From positions 96,001 to 160,000 of the IMG/VR virus record IMGVR_UViG_3300025018_000098: 64,000 nucleotides of DNA; one strand, written 5' to 3'. Source of the DNA: a virus. The position numbers and the translations under genes were made by a program. This document shows positions 8,078 through 16,887 of this stretch, one piece after another. The notes beneath the pieces are model-generated. The model was given only the letters and a program-made list of their open reading frames with translations, was not told the DNA's origin and ran no database searches. Every line of letters begins with the position of its first letter. Position 1 is the first letter of the stretch.

Positions 8078-9530
8078 GGGGCGGCCCTTCTGGCTTCATA
8101 AGAGTGAATGTGAACGTCGTTCCTACGTTCGGGACGGAGTCTACGCGAATGGTGCCTCCATGTCGCTCCACAATCTTCTTGCAGATGGCGAGACCGATGC
8201 CGGTGCCTCGCTTCGTACTGCTTAGTCGCTGAAAGATCATGAACACCTTGTCAGCGTAGGCCATATCGAAGCCTTCGCCGTTATCCTGCACGGTAATCGT
8301 CCAGTTATCCCCTGTGTCCACACAGTTGATGAACACCTCAGGGTCTTGATCCTTTGAACGGAACTTGATCGCGTTGCCAATGAGGTTCTGGAACAGCAGG
8401 GTCAGCATCATCTGATCGGAGAACACCGCGGGCATTGGACCCATGTGCACTTTCGCGTTCCGCTCCTCAAGGAACGTGTCCAAGTTGGCCAGCGCTCCAT
8501 CAATGGCCTCGGACGCTAATGCCCACTGAAAGGTCTCCTCGCGCCCTACTCGAGAGAACGCGAGCAATCCTCGGATCATGGCCCGCATCCGAGAGGCCCC
8601 GCCCACCATGAAGTCTAGGTACTGCCTACCCTCTGTACTGAACACATCCCCATAATCCTCCTCGAGAATCTTGGCGAAGTTTATGATCATTCGAAGAGGT
8701 TCCTGTAGGTCGTGCGATGCCACGTAGGCAAAGCTCTCAAGGTCTTCATTCGAGCGCTTCAGGTCCTCTGCCTGTCGGGCGAGCCTCGAGTCCACAGTCA
8801 TCTGGTTTGTGATGTCCATACACACACCAAGAAAGTGGTGGGCCTCCCCCTTCCGGTACACGATCTCACCCCGAGCCGCAATAAACCGCCCACCGTTCGT
8901 ACGGTAAGTCACTCGGTACGGATGGTCTTCGCTCTTCTTAGCTAGTTCGATGGCGTCCCGAATGACCTCGTGGTCGTCCGAGTGAACATGTTTCCAGAAC
9001 TCATCGATCTTCCCGCTGAACGTCTCGGGGTCTGCATCAAACATCTCCATCATCTGGGGATCCCAAACTAGAGCATCTGTGGCAAACTCCCAGCGCCAAA
9101 CACCGGCCTTTGCTGCGTCTAGGGCCAGGCGGAGATGTTGCTCGCTCCTCGCGAGCTTTTGGTAGGCGAGGTACTCCTCCGTGGCATCCTCCAGCATCAC
9201 AGAAGCGGTTCGGGGACGGACCCAGGTTATGTACGTCCGATAGACCCGCCCACGCAGGCTCACCGATATGATGTCTGGCTGCCCTCCTCGGGCAGCCTCA
9301 GCGACCTCATCTGCCAGATTGGAGGCACCCAGCAGCGGCAGCGGGATGTCGCCTATCGACGCACCCACGTATTGGCGGAGGTCCGTGCCGTCCAACGCCT
9401 TGTTGTTGGCCCACAGCAATACGAGCTCACGGGAGGAGCTCGTATCGTTTGGCAGCTCCCAAACTGTAGTGGCCAGCGGCAGCCGCTGGATCACAGCGTT
9501 GAGTAAGTGGGGCACTAGGCGCCGGCCCAT
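8034..9530 (-). CDS. Cytoplasmic PAS-PAS sensor histidine kinase (HisKA plus HATPase_c)
   Basis: H-box FAYVASHDLQEPLR, N-box QNLIGNAIKF, G1 VQDNGEG, F-box VFMIFQRL, G2 GTGIGLAICKKIVERHGG. PAS motifs GVWRWE..HSDD..GVCMDIT. No TM helix. Confidence 0.95.
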   Translation of the reverse strand: MGRRLVPHLLNAVIQRLPLATTVWELPNDTSSSRELVLLWANNKALDGTDLRQYVGASIGDIPLPLLGASNLADEVAEAARGGQPDIISVSLRGRVYRTYITWVRPRTASVMLEDATEEYLAYQKLARSEQHLRLALDAAKAGVWRWEFATDALVWDPQMMEMFDADPETFSGKIDEFWKHVHSDDHEVIRDAIELAKKSEDHPYRVTYRTNGGRFIAARGEIVYRKGEAHHFLGVCMDITNQMTVDSRLARQAEDLKRSNEDLESFAYVASHDLQEPLRMIINFAKILEEDYGDVFSTEGRQYLDFMVGGASRMRAMIRGLLAFSRVGREETFQWALASEAIDGALANLDTFLEERNAKVHMGPMPAVFSDQMMLTLLFQNLIGNAIKFRSKDQDPEVFINCVDTGDNWTITVQDNGEGFDMAYADKVFMIFQRLSSTKRGTGIGLAICKKIVERHGGTIRVDSVPNVGTTFTFTLMKPEGPPRDFDSPQTTTDTTC

Positions 9531-10210
9531 TCCTGAGAGATGTACGCGGGGACGTCTGCGTCATACGGGCCATCGTAGACGTAGCCCGCAATCCAGTCGC
9601 CGTTCATCGGGTAAAACGCACCGTTGGTCGCGCCGAGCGTCAGCGGCATGTTTGCCTGAAACGTGGAGCCGCCTTGAGCTTTCGGGTATGTCCCTGTCGG
9701 ATCGCGTAGCGTCATGGTACCGCCTGCGATCGTCTCCAACGAGAACTGAAACAGGGAGCCCATGTACATCGGTATGCCCAAGAAGCTATTGGGCGACGCT
9801 ACCGAGTATGGGACGTACTCGTTGCCCGTGGTCCATGCACCTAGCCAATGCGGCCCACCACCAAAAATGGCGCGGTAGTTCGTCGACACGTTGTCCATCT
9901 GACCCACAAAGTAGTAGGTGCGCGTGCCCCCAACCACTGCCGGTGTGATGCTGAAGTTGGCGTTATAGAGACGCCTGCCCCCAGCGAACCGAATCGCGGT
10001 ATGACCGCCGATGGTCGAGATTGTCGGGCGCGTCGACGGACTGGTCATCGTGTAGCCGTTGCCGCTGACATCAGGGACCGAGTCCACGTCGCCAGAAACA
10101 AGCACGGCATCACGTGCTTCCCAGCCGCCGCGAAGGTCCGTAGTCGGTAGAGTGAGCGCGGGCGCGCCGCTCACCCCCGCCGCAGCGATAGCTCCTACGC
10201 TCGACAACAT
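9515..10210 (-). CDS. LamG/ConA-like tail-associated protein (start re-called at 10210)
   Basis: WEARD..DVSGNG..PTI..FAGG..LTLGA..NG pattern of phage LamG-like domains; TGATG overlap with the upstream gene. Confidence 0.6.
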   Translation of the reverse strand: MLSSVGAIAAAGVSGAPALTLPTTDLRGGWEARDAVLVSGDVDSVPDVSGNGYTMTSPSTRPTISTIGGHTAIRFAGGRRLYNANFSITPAVVGGTRTYYFVGQMDNVSTNYRAIFGGGPHWLGAWTTGNEYVPYSVASPNSFLGIPMYMGSLFQFSLETIAGGTMTLRDPTGTYPKAQGGSTFQANMPLTLGATNGAFYPMNGDWIAGYVYDGPYDADVPAYISQEWAGA

Positions 10211-12057
10211 CACGCGATGACTCCGGCCGCCCACGCCTCGGTGGCGCTCAGCTTGGTGATGGTGACCCCTGCGTAGTCCGCAGCAGCGTCGATGGTGCAT
10301 TCGCCAGCGGTGGGCGTGTCTGCGCTGGGGCCGACAATGGCGAGCCCCCCGGACCCGTCGATTATACCCTCGTACGTGGCGTCGCCGGGCTTGATGACCA
10401 GCGCGTTGAAGCCATCTCGCAGGTCGTGGGCGACCGTCATGACGATATCTGCACCCGCCGTCGCGGTGTCGAGGATAAACGTCTTGCCGCTGTCTGCGTC
10501 TGTGAAGGCGCGCGATGCTGTGATGGTCACGATCTCGACGAACCGGCTCACCATGGGCGGGACGTTCAGCAGCTGGAGCCGGTTTCCTTCGACCACCCAC
10601 AGAACCTGAACCGTTCCTGTTGAGGGCTCCGTAGCCGTGTAATACGGCGCGACAGACGACGACCAGTACTGGGCGCCGTCTGTAAGGCCGTGGCCGCCTA
10701 CCAGCTCGTGGAAGCCTTGGAGTTGGATCACGAACTCGTTCGCATCTACCACTTCGACCACGAAGGCTTGCTTGGTGTGTGCCGGCGTGGACAGGTCAGC
10801 AGTCACCCAGGTCCCTGCGTTGTAATAGACCGGGATTGGGATCCCCGACGACAGCGTGAAGCCGTGGGCACCCTGAAAGACGGTCTGCTGCGACGTACCT
10901 GGCACGTAGTCGGACAAGGTAGATGGCACCCCGTACCGGTTCACCGAGACCGTACCGCTGTACGCCGCCTGCGTGCCGCCACCAACAGGGCAAGCCGTCA
11001 TATACTGAATCGTTAAAGTCCCGTTCCCGGTCACTATGTTGTCTGCGAAAGCGGACCCGACCAACCGCACAACGACGTCTATGCCAACGCCGATGTCCAT
11101 GACCTCCCCGCTGAAGGCGGCGATGGTCGAGTGGCTCTCAGTGATGTTGAGGTTCGCCTGCACGTCCATCAAGAGGCGCGTGCCGTCTACGCTGACCAGG
11201 GTGGTATCCACCAGCGTCAGGGTGCTCTCCTCATCGTAGACCAGCGGCGTGACCACCGCAGGCCCCGCGACAGATCCGGCGTACAGGAACAGACTCTTGA
11301 CCCCAGCCAAGTTTGTGAACACGCAGTTTTCTGCGAACCCCATGAAGTTCGAGTCCACGACGCCGAAGGTGCCGAGCAACGTGATTCCGCGCATGTCCCA
11401 GGTACCTGTCGGGAAGTCATCATTCGTGACCTTCACCGCAAGTGTGCCGACCGGGCTCACCCGCACCGCGTTGTACGCCTCCTCGAACGTGGCATAGCGA
11501 CCCACAGAGGCATCGGTGGCTTGAAGCGGATCCCACTCAGCGCTCGAGGCACCACCACCACTGTTGACCGCCACGGCCAGATCGTAGGCCCACTGGCCCC
11601 AGCCCCTCCAGTTCTGCCCGGCGGACCCGCGACCCGCCAAGTCAGCGTACACGGCGTTGTCCAAGGACTCGTCGGGGTCATTCACGCTCAGTGTTTGGCT
11701 CGCCGGAGCTCCCTCACCGAACAAGGGTGGTCGTAGCCCACTGCCTATATGGGGCACACTGGCCAGGCGCTCCGTGAACGTGATTACGCCGTTGTCCGTG
11801 GCTGTTAGACGGATACGGAAGGCGCAGAACTCCACGATATCGAGAGCAGGTCCGATCGTGACTGTGCTCCCAGTGATCGCGGAGAGCACCGCCACAGATC
11901 CTACCGCGTCTATGAGCTCCCAGATGTAGGAGACCCCGGCGCCCGGCGCTGGGTCGACAGCCTCAAGCGTAATGACCTCCCCTGAGATGAGGTCATGCCT
12001 GGATTGCCCTGCAGTTCCCGCACCAGGGGTTGCTTGATCGATACGAAAGGTGGCCAT
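10210..12057 (-). CDS. Putative tail fibre / virion structural protein
   Basis: 615 aa, G/T/A/V-rich; N-terminal Ig/PKD-like segment (SYIWEL..RIRLTATDNG) and beta-helix-like middle. Confidence 0.65.
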   Translation of the reverse strand: MATFRIDQATPGAGTAGQSRHDLISGEVITLEAVDPAPGAGVSYIWELIDAVGSVAVLSAITGSTVTIGPALDIVEFCAFRIRLTATDNGVITFTERLASVPHIGSGLRPPLFGEGAPASQTLSVNDPDESLDNAVYADLAGRGSAGQNWRGWGQWAYDLAVAVNSGGGASSAEWDPLQATDASVGRYATFEEAYNAVRVSPVGTLAVKVTNDDFPTGTWDMRGITLLGTFGVVDSNFMGFAENCVFTNLAGVKSLFLYAGSVAGPAVVTPLVYDEESTLTLVDTTLVSVDGTRLLMDVQANLNITESHSTIAAFSGEVMDIGVGIDVVVRLVGSAFADNIVTGNGTLTIQYMTACPVGGGTQAAYSGTVSVNRYGVPSTLSDYVPGTSQQTVFQGAHGFTLSSGIPIPVYYNAGTWVTADLSTPAHTKQAFVVEVVDANEFVIQLQGFHELVGGHGLTDGAQYWSSSVAPYYTATEPSTGTVQVLWVVEGNRLQLLNVPPMVSRFVEIVTITASRAFTDADSGKTFILDTATAGADIVMTVAHDLRDGFNALVIKPGDATYEGIIDGSGGLAIVGPSADTPTAGECTIDAAADYAGVTITKLSATEAWAAGVIA

Positions 12058-12063
12058 GTCCGG

Positions 12064-12072
12064 AGTGTACCA
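12064..12072 (-). promoter_or_regulatory. Extended -10 (TGGTACACT) just upstream of the structural/signalling operon
   Basis: Minus strand reads tggtacact-ccggac-ATG; a similar TGGTAGACT precedes the gene starting at 62694. Confidence 0.35.
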
Positions 12073-12136
12073 CTACCTATCCGCGGGGAGGAATGCACAA
12101 AAGGGCTCTCTGCGCGCTAAGATCTACCTCTTCTGA

Positions 12137-12155
12137 CCTATGAGCAATGTGAAGG
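12137..12155 (+). promoter_or_regulatory. Recurrent phage promoter motif (CCTATGAGCA...GTGAAGG), plus-strand copy
   Basis: Variant of the CCTATAAGCA motif; orientation matches the downstream plus-strand ORF. Confidence 0.65.
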
Positions 12156-12186
12156 AAACGGGTATTTCGCCCGTGAAAGGACCAAC

Positions 12187-12702
12187 ATGAACAAGATCAC
12201 CAAGCTACGCACCGCACTCTCTGGCATCTACCGGGAGAGCGCCGCGTACATCAAGCACCTATCTATTCGTGGGAAAGTGGTGCAGTCCCTCTACCGGGGG
12301 GCGTTCCTGCCTCTGAGCCTGGCCCATGTGCTGGTGTCCGAGGATGCAGTCAAAGACTACGCAACGGATGAACAGCGAGCCGCAGACATCCAGGTCTGGG
12401 TCATCATGAACCAGGCTCGGTTGTCAGCGAACGGATTCCCGGCCTCGTCCGACGCATGGTTGGATTATCATGGGGTACTACTGCCCCACGACGACACGGA
12501 TCCTCGGATCCTGAGGGAGCTCTACCGCTTCTTCGACGGCCCCTCGCGCTCCCCGCGAGCGTTCGTCCAGGCGTTCGTCTCGGCCATCACGGTGGCTGTC
12601 CGCATCGCCGAGGAAGAGGCGGAGTCGGTCACTGTCGATATCGAGTCGACGGATCTTAGCGACAACCGAGTCATCCTCGTGAACTTCGGCAACAAGGGTT
12701 GA
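12187..12702 (+). CDS. Hypothetical protein, stand-alone transcription unit
   Basis: Own promoter motif, AAAGGA RBS and a downstream hairpin. Confidence 0.75.
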   Translation: MNKITKLRTALSGIYRESAAYIKHLSIRGKVVQSLYRGAFLPLSLAHVLVSEDAVKDYATDEQRAADIQVWVIMNQARLSANGFPASSDAWLDYHGVLLPHDDTDPRILRELYRFFDGPSRSPRAFVQAFVSAITVAVRIAEEEAESVTVDIESTDLSDNRVILVNFGNKG

Positions 12703-12706
12703 CACA

Positions 12707-12727
12707 CAGGGGGCCCCAGCCCCCCTG
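12707..12727. terminator. Hairpin between convergent genes
   Basis: cagggggc-cccag-ccccctg. Confidence 0.5.
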
Positions 12728-12740
12728 CGCAGTCCCTTTG

Positions 12741-13160
12741 CTATACGATGGTCTCGGGCCCTTCCCCGTCGTTGTACACGAAGAGGAGGTCGGCCGGCTT
12801 GAGCAGAATGATCCCTGCACCGAACTGATGCTGGATATGCTCGTTGGTCGCTTGCTTGTCCCGGAAGCGGAGGAAGCAGCACTTGAGCCCCACCTCGAGA
12901 TCGGGGATGGGCACAGGCTCCTCGAGGAACTTCTGACGCCCATACTTCTTGGGGATCGAGCGGATGTAACCGAACGCCAGGATGGTGGCCGTGGTGTAGA
13001 TGGACTCGATGGCCTTCTCACTGGCCTTGAAGATGAGCCCAGACGTCGTCTTGTCCGACGTCGGATCCACACGCACCAGGATGTGCTCGTTCACGAGCTG
13101 GAAGCTGCGCCCATCCTCGAAGGTACACTCGTCATATGGGTGTCGCTCAGCCATAACCAT
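12741..13160 (-). CDS. groES: GroES/Cpn10-like co-chaperonin
   Basis: HILVRVD..KTTSGLI mobile loop, ATILAFG, LEVG, IILLKPADLL. Confidence 0.7.
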   Translation of the reverse strand: MVMAERHPYDECTFEDGRSFQLVNEHILVRVDPTSDKTTSGLIFKASEKAIESIYTTATILAFGYIRSIPKKYGRQKFLEEPVPIPDLEVGLKCCFLRFRDKQATNEHIQHQFGAGIILLKPADLLFVYNDGEGPETIV

Positions 13161-13641
13161 GCTCGCTGTCCTTGAAGGGCCTGAAGTCCCGCTCTGCCGA
13201 GTAGCGCTGCTGCCTCATGGGCGGCTCAACCTCCATAGGACCGAGGGGCCGCCTGCCCTGCAGCTTCCACAGGAGCTTCTGTGTCGCCGTGTCCTCATCC
13301 TCACGATCCTGGGTGAGCTTCCTGATGGTCTCTTCTACGGCTACCTTCTTCTGGACCGCCACCTGCTTCAGCTCGGGATCCCCTACATGCACCTCAGGCT
13401 TCTCCAGCTCGCCGCCCCCTCGAATCTCATCGGAGTCGTGGGGAACCAGTGGGATACCGAAGTAGGTCTCCACATCGGCCTCTTTCGCCAAGACCCACAA
13501 CCACCCTGGAACGCGGAAGCTGGCGGGCCCGGTCCCCTCGATGACCATGTGGCCTTTGATCTCGTCGTCGAAGGCACGCCGGATGTTGCCATCTTGGTTG
13601 GTCACCGCGGCAATCCATAGGTCTCTGGGTGTGAGCTTCAT
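13147..13641 (-). CDS. Hypothetical protein
   Basis: GAGGAGG RBS; ATGA overlap. Confidence 0.65.
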   Translation of the reverse strand: MKLTPRDLWIAAVTNQDGNIRRAFDDEIKGHMVIEGTGPASFRVPGWLWVLAKEADVETYFGIPLVPHDSDEIRGGGELEKPEVHVGDPELKQVAVQKKVAVEETIRKLTQDREDEDTATQKLLWKLQGRRPLGPMEVEPPMRQQRYSAERDFRPFKDSEHGYG

Positions 13642-14030
13642 CGAGACACCTCCTCTGGGGTCACAGGACCCCAATCATCTGAGAGCATGTCCGTCTGACT
13701 GGCGAGCCACCCGAGGACCTTCTTCCCATCTGCAGTGTGCATCATAAGGGTAGGTAGGATGGTGCTGTCCGCCAGCTGCGCCATGAGCGAGTCCATGAGC
13801 TGATCCTTCACGCCTGCATCGTGCCACCCCTTAGCGTAGCCTTGGAGCGCCTCAGTCAGGACCTTTCCGGGCACGACCCGGACCCACATCTTTTTGCCGT
13901 TCCAGCCCTTCCTGGCGATGCAGCTTCCTGTGTGCCGTGTGTAGCTGAGGGCCTTGCTAAAGCTCCAGTTGAACTCTGGAGTGACGACGGCTGTGGTCTC
14001 GCCGGTCAGCATGTGGTCGACCTCACTCAT
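13638..14030 (-). CDS. DUF2829 family protein (Tad2-like anti-defence sponge candidate)
   Basis: FSKAL..IARKGWNGKKMWV..GWLASQTDMLSDDW signature. Confidence 0.85.
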   Translation of the reverse strand: MSEVDHMLTGETTAVVTPEFNWSFSKALSYTRHTGSCIARKGWNGKKMWVRVVPGKVLTEALQGYAKGWHDAGVKDQLMDSLMAQLADSTILPTLMMHTADGKKVLGWLASQTDMLSDDWGPVTPEEVSR

Positions 14031-14409
14031 CGGAGGCACCTTCATCCAACGAGAAGTCCTCGAGGGCGTTGGCCACACTAGCCTCGTCGGCCACCGCTGC
14101 AGCTGCGCCGTTGTCCAGCTTCTCCAGGTGCGCCAGGACCTGTTCCAGCATCTTCTCCGGCAACGAGCGGAGCTGGGTGCTCATCTGCTTCTCATCGGCC
14201 AAGAGGAAGATACCTGGGCGGCCGTCCGGAGTCTTCCCGAAGCGGTTGACGAGGCACATGGACTCCTTGCCCTCGCTGTTGGTGTACCGGATCGCGTACT
14301 GCTGGCACTCAGTGATGCTGAGGACCTTGTTCTTCTGCGAGTGGTACTTTGCCTTGGGCGTCTCGTAGCTCTGAATCGTTCCGTTTCCCATTGTGTCTCC
14401 TATGGCCAC
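14023..14409 (-). CDS. Hypothetical protein
   Basis: ORF tiling. Confidence 0.6.
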   Translation of the reverse strand: MAIGDTMGNGTIQSYETPKAKYHSQKNKVLSITECQQYAIRYTNSEGKESMCLVNRFGKTPDGRPGIFLLADEKQMSTQLRSLPEKMLEQVLAHLEKLDNGAAAAVADEASVANALEDFSLDEGASDE

Positions 14410-14672
14410 TGGCCGATTAGAAAGTCAGCTGCGCCCTTGCGTCCGTCACGGATCGCTTGGACTTGTCGGGGGTAGAGGACCACCTCCGACTTGGGTGTGT
14501 AATCACCGTTGATGTACACGCCCACACGATTGTCGCTGTGCCTGGCGATGTGTGTGCACAGCAGGGTCAGCATCTGTTCCCGAGTCAGTACGACATCGGA
14601 GGGTTCAGCCTCCGCATCGTAGACTCCCGCCAGGTAGCCGTTCTCTTTGATCTCGAGGTACAGGTACAGCAT
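14400..14672 (-). CDS. Hypothetical protein
   Basis: ORF tiling. Confidence 0.55.
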   Translation of the reverse strand: MLYLYLEIKENGYLAGVYDAEAEPSDVVLTREQMLTLLCTHIARHSDNRVGVYINGDYTPKSEVVLYPRQVQAIRDGRKGAADFLIGQWP

Positions 14673-14674
14673 GC

Positions 14675-15529
14675 CTAACCCTGTGCGAAGCCCTCGTCAT
14701 CGAGGCCGGGGAGGGTGGGTGCCCGCTTCTGCGGGATCTGTGAGGGGTCTGGGGCGCCAGCCTCATCTACTTGGTGTGGGGCCAAGGTACGGATGGGCAC
14801 CTGCTGGGCGCGCTCACGCAGCTTGGCGATGACGTCTCGAGGCACAGGCCGGTTACCGAGGGTCTCCTTGATGTTGGCCTTCCGCTGCTGGGTTGCTGTG
14901 GGCACCTTGGGGCGTTCCGGCGACTTAGGGTTCAGGATGTCCTCGAGGTCCGGGCCCTCGCTGTCTTCGAGGTCGTCTGAGCTCCCCTCGTGCTCCTCCA
15001 CACTGCTGTAGAAGGCGTCGATGTCGCTCTGGGTCGCTCGAGCAGTGTCTTCAAAGAGACCCTCAGGTACGTCGACTGGGCTCTGGATGACGTCTTCGAA
15101 CTGGGGCGGTACGAAGACCTTGCCCACATCAGGACGAGCCGCCTCTCGCTGGGCGATGATGGTCTGCAGCGTCTCAGCCACCTCGGAGATATCGTCACCA
15201 TCTTGAAGGGCGGCCTCGATGGTGCTCCACTCGACGTCCGCCTGTGTCCCGAGCTGCCGCAGGTAACGCTCCTGGTCCGGCAGCGGGGCTCCAATGCGGC
15301 CCACTGGGGGCGCTTCGGGTTCAACCCACCCAACTGTGTGTGGGACAGACACAAGATGCGACTGGGCCGCCTTCCGCTTGGCGTCGATGATGACCTTCTG
15401 CACCTCTGACTCAGTGGTGGGTACGCGGATCTCACGACCCCCTACTTCGAACACCAGGAAGAAGCTGTCCTGTTGGGTATCGAGCACATAGTTCTGCTCG
15501 ACTCGCTTGATGTCTACTACGATCTTCAT
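14675..15529 (-). CDS. Hypothetical acidic, partly disordered protein (start re-called at MKIVVD)
   Basis: ATGA overlap with the gene ending at 15526. Confidence 0.65.
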   Translation of the reverse strand: MKIVVDIKRVEQNYVLDTQQDSFFLVFEVGGREIRVPTTESEVQKVIIDAKRKAAQSHLVSVPHTVGWVEPEAPPVGRIGAPLPDQERYLRQLGTQADVEWSTIEAALQDGDDISEVAETLQTIIAQREAARPDVGKVFVPPQFEDVIQSPVDVPEGLFEDTARATQSDIDAFYSSVEEHEGSSDDLEDSEGPDLEDILNPKSPERPKVPTATQQRKANIKETLGNRPVPRDVIAKLRERAQQVPIRTLAPHQVDEAGAPDPSQIPQKRAPTLPGLDDEGFAQG

Positions 15530-15879
15530 CTTGGGCCTCGTGGGTCTGGTGGTTGTACCGAAGCCGCCTGAGAGCGTGCTTGGTCTTGTTGTTTCTTGGA
15601 TGCCCGGGCGTCGTCCTTCTTGCGCAACTGCACGAACTCGAGAGCGGCGTCTGCGATGGTCGCCACAGCCGAAAGCATCAAACATCTGTCTGCTCCTGCG
15701 GCCATGGGGATGAGGCGGTTGTACGCCAGGCAATCAGGGGCACAGATGCGGTTGGCGTTGTGCCAACACACCTCCCCATTCTTGGCCTCCCGCTCCGAGG
15801 GCTCTTCCTCGTGGATGTAGGGTCGGTTGAGGTCTGCTTGGAGCTCCTCGAGCTCTTGGTCGCGGGTGTCAGTCGACAT
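15526..15879 (-). CDS. Hypothetical Cys-rich protein
   Basis: CWH..ICAPDCLAY..RC; GGAG RBS. Confidence 0.6.
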   Translation of the reverse strand: MSTDTRDQELEELQADLNRPYIHEEEPSEREAKNGEVCWHNANRICAPDCLAYNRLIPMAAGADRCLMLSAVATIADAALEFVQLRKKDDARASKKQQDQARSQAASVQPPDPRGPR

Positions 15880-16495
15880 CGGGCGGTACTCCTAGAACCG
15901 AGGCTCCGGCAAAGTGCTCAACCACTGGGGCGTCCTTCGGAACCAGCCAGGGCCACGTCAGCTTGTTGGCTGTGCCCTCCCAGTCGCACGATCGGCAGGC
16001 CGCACGGTTCTGGGGGGACTGGAGAGGCTCCGCATTGCGGGTGAGATTGATCGTGGTCTTGTGGCACTTGGGGCACTTGGGCTTCTGGTCCTCCTCGAGC
16101 TCCGCTACCTGCTTCTTGAGGTACACGTCGTGTGCCGCCGTGAACGCCGTCTCGACTACCGCGGCGACGACATGAGACATGATGTAGTCCTTGCCTTCCT
16201 GGTCGTCGTCCTCGACAAGGCCGATGAACTTGAACGCCTGCATCAGGGGTCCGGATAGCTGGGCCGTCACGAGGCGCAGAAGCACCTTTGAGATCCTCTC
16301 GATGTCCCAGACAGCCTCGTTCGTGACGGTACCTACAGCGTCCGAGAGGCTGCCAGACCAGCTGCAGTTGGGGCACCTCGTGTCGATGTTCTTGAGCTTG
16401 TCCCCGGCAGCATCGAGGAGCGTCACGGCGCCCTGCTTGATGACGAGGTCGATCGACCCACAGTCCGGGCACATATACTTGGCGGTGGTGGTCAT
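15869..16495 (-). CDS. Double Zn-ribbon protein
   Basis: CPDCGS..CPNCSW and CPKC..CRSCDW. Confidence 0.7.
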   Translation of the reverse strand: MTTTAKYMCPDCGSIDLVIKQGAVTLLDAAGDKLKNIDTRCPNCSWSGSLSDAVGTVTNEAVWDIERISKVLLRLVTAQLSGPLMQAFKFIGLVEDDDQEGKDYIMSHVVAAVVETAFTAAHDVYLKKQVAELEEDQKPKCPKCHKTTINLTRNAEPLQSPQNRAACRSCDWEGTANKLTWPWLVPKDAPVVEHFAGASVLGVPPDVD

Positions 16496-16497
16496 AT

Positions 16498-16887
16498 CTA
16501 CTTCTTCACGAGCCGGAGCTTGCGCTGTGTTGAGGCGAAGTTCCTGGCTTGATGGTTGATGTTGTCTATGAGGGAGAGGTTGTCCTCGACCTTGATCTCA
16601 CGGAGGATGCACACCTCTCCGTACGCTCGAGCCAGGGCAAAAGGGTGAGTACCTTTGCGGTGAGCGCCTTTGCCATTCCGCACGAAGTACTCCTGTGTGG
16701 GGTCTTCCATGTAGATCGAGGGCAGGTAGGCCGTCTGCATCGTCACGATGACGTCCACGTACCCAGACGTGGCACAGGCGACCACAACATTGTCCACGGG
16801 CCAACCATTGAGGAAGGTGATGTAGAGCTCCTCGAGGGGATCATCAGAGATGGTCCTGTAGTCGAGGTAGTCGAGGTCAGTGTCCAT
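16498..16887 (-). CDS. Hypothetical protein ending in KLRLVKK
   Basis: ORF tiling; C-terminus resembles a ClpX-binding tail. Confidence 0.6.
   Translation of the reverse strand: MDTDLDYLDYRTISDDPLEELYITFLNGWPVDNVVVACATSGYVDVIVTMQTAYLPSIYMEDPTQEYFVRNGKGAHRKGTHPFALARAYGEVCILREIKVEDNLSLIDNINHQARNFASTQRKLRLVKK

Noticed and set aside
8034-9530. Bacteriophytochrome call for the kinase
   Set aside because: The kinase core and partner are Cph1/Rcp1-like, but there is no GAF-PHY region or chromophore motif, only PAS-type domains
6879-9530. Window being a bacterial chromosome because of TCS, rnhB, sspB and groES
   Set aside because: Gene density, strand bias, small unknown ORFs, tail-like proteins, endolysin and phage-type nucleotide enzymes indicate a phage; the host-like genes are isolated and coupled to phage genes
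9515-10600. 361-aa version of the LamG-like ORF
   Set aside because: The first ~130 codons are an Arg-rich alternative frame of the upstream gene; the true start is probably 10210
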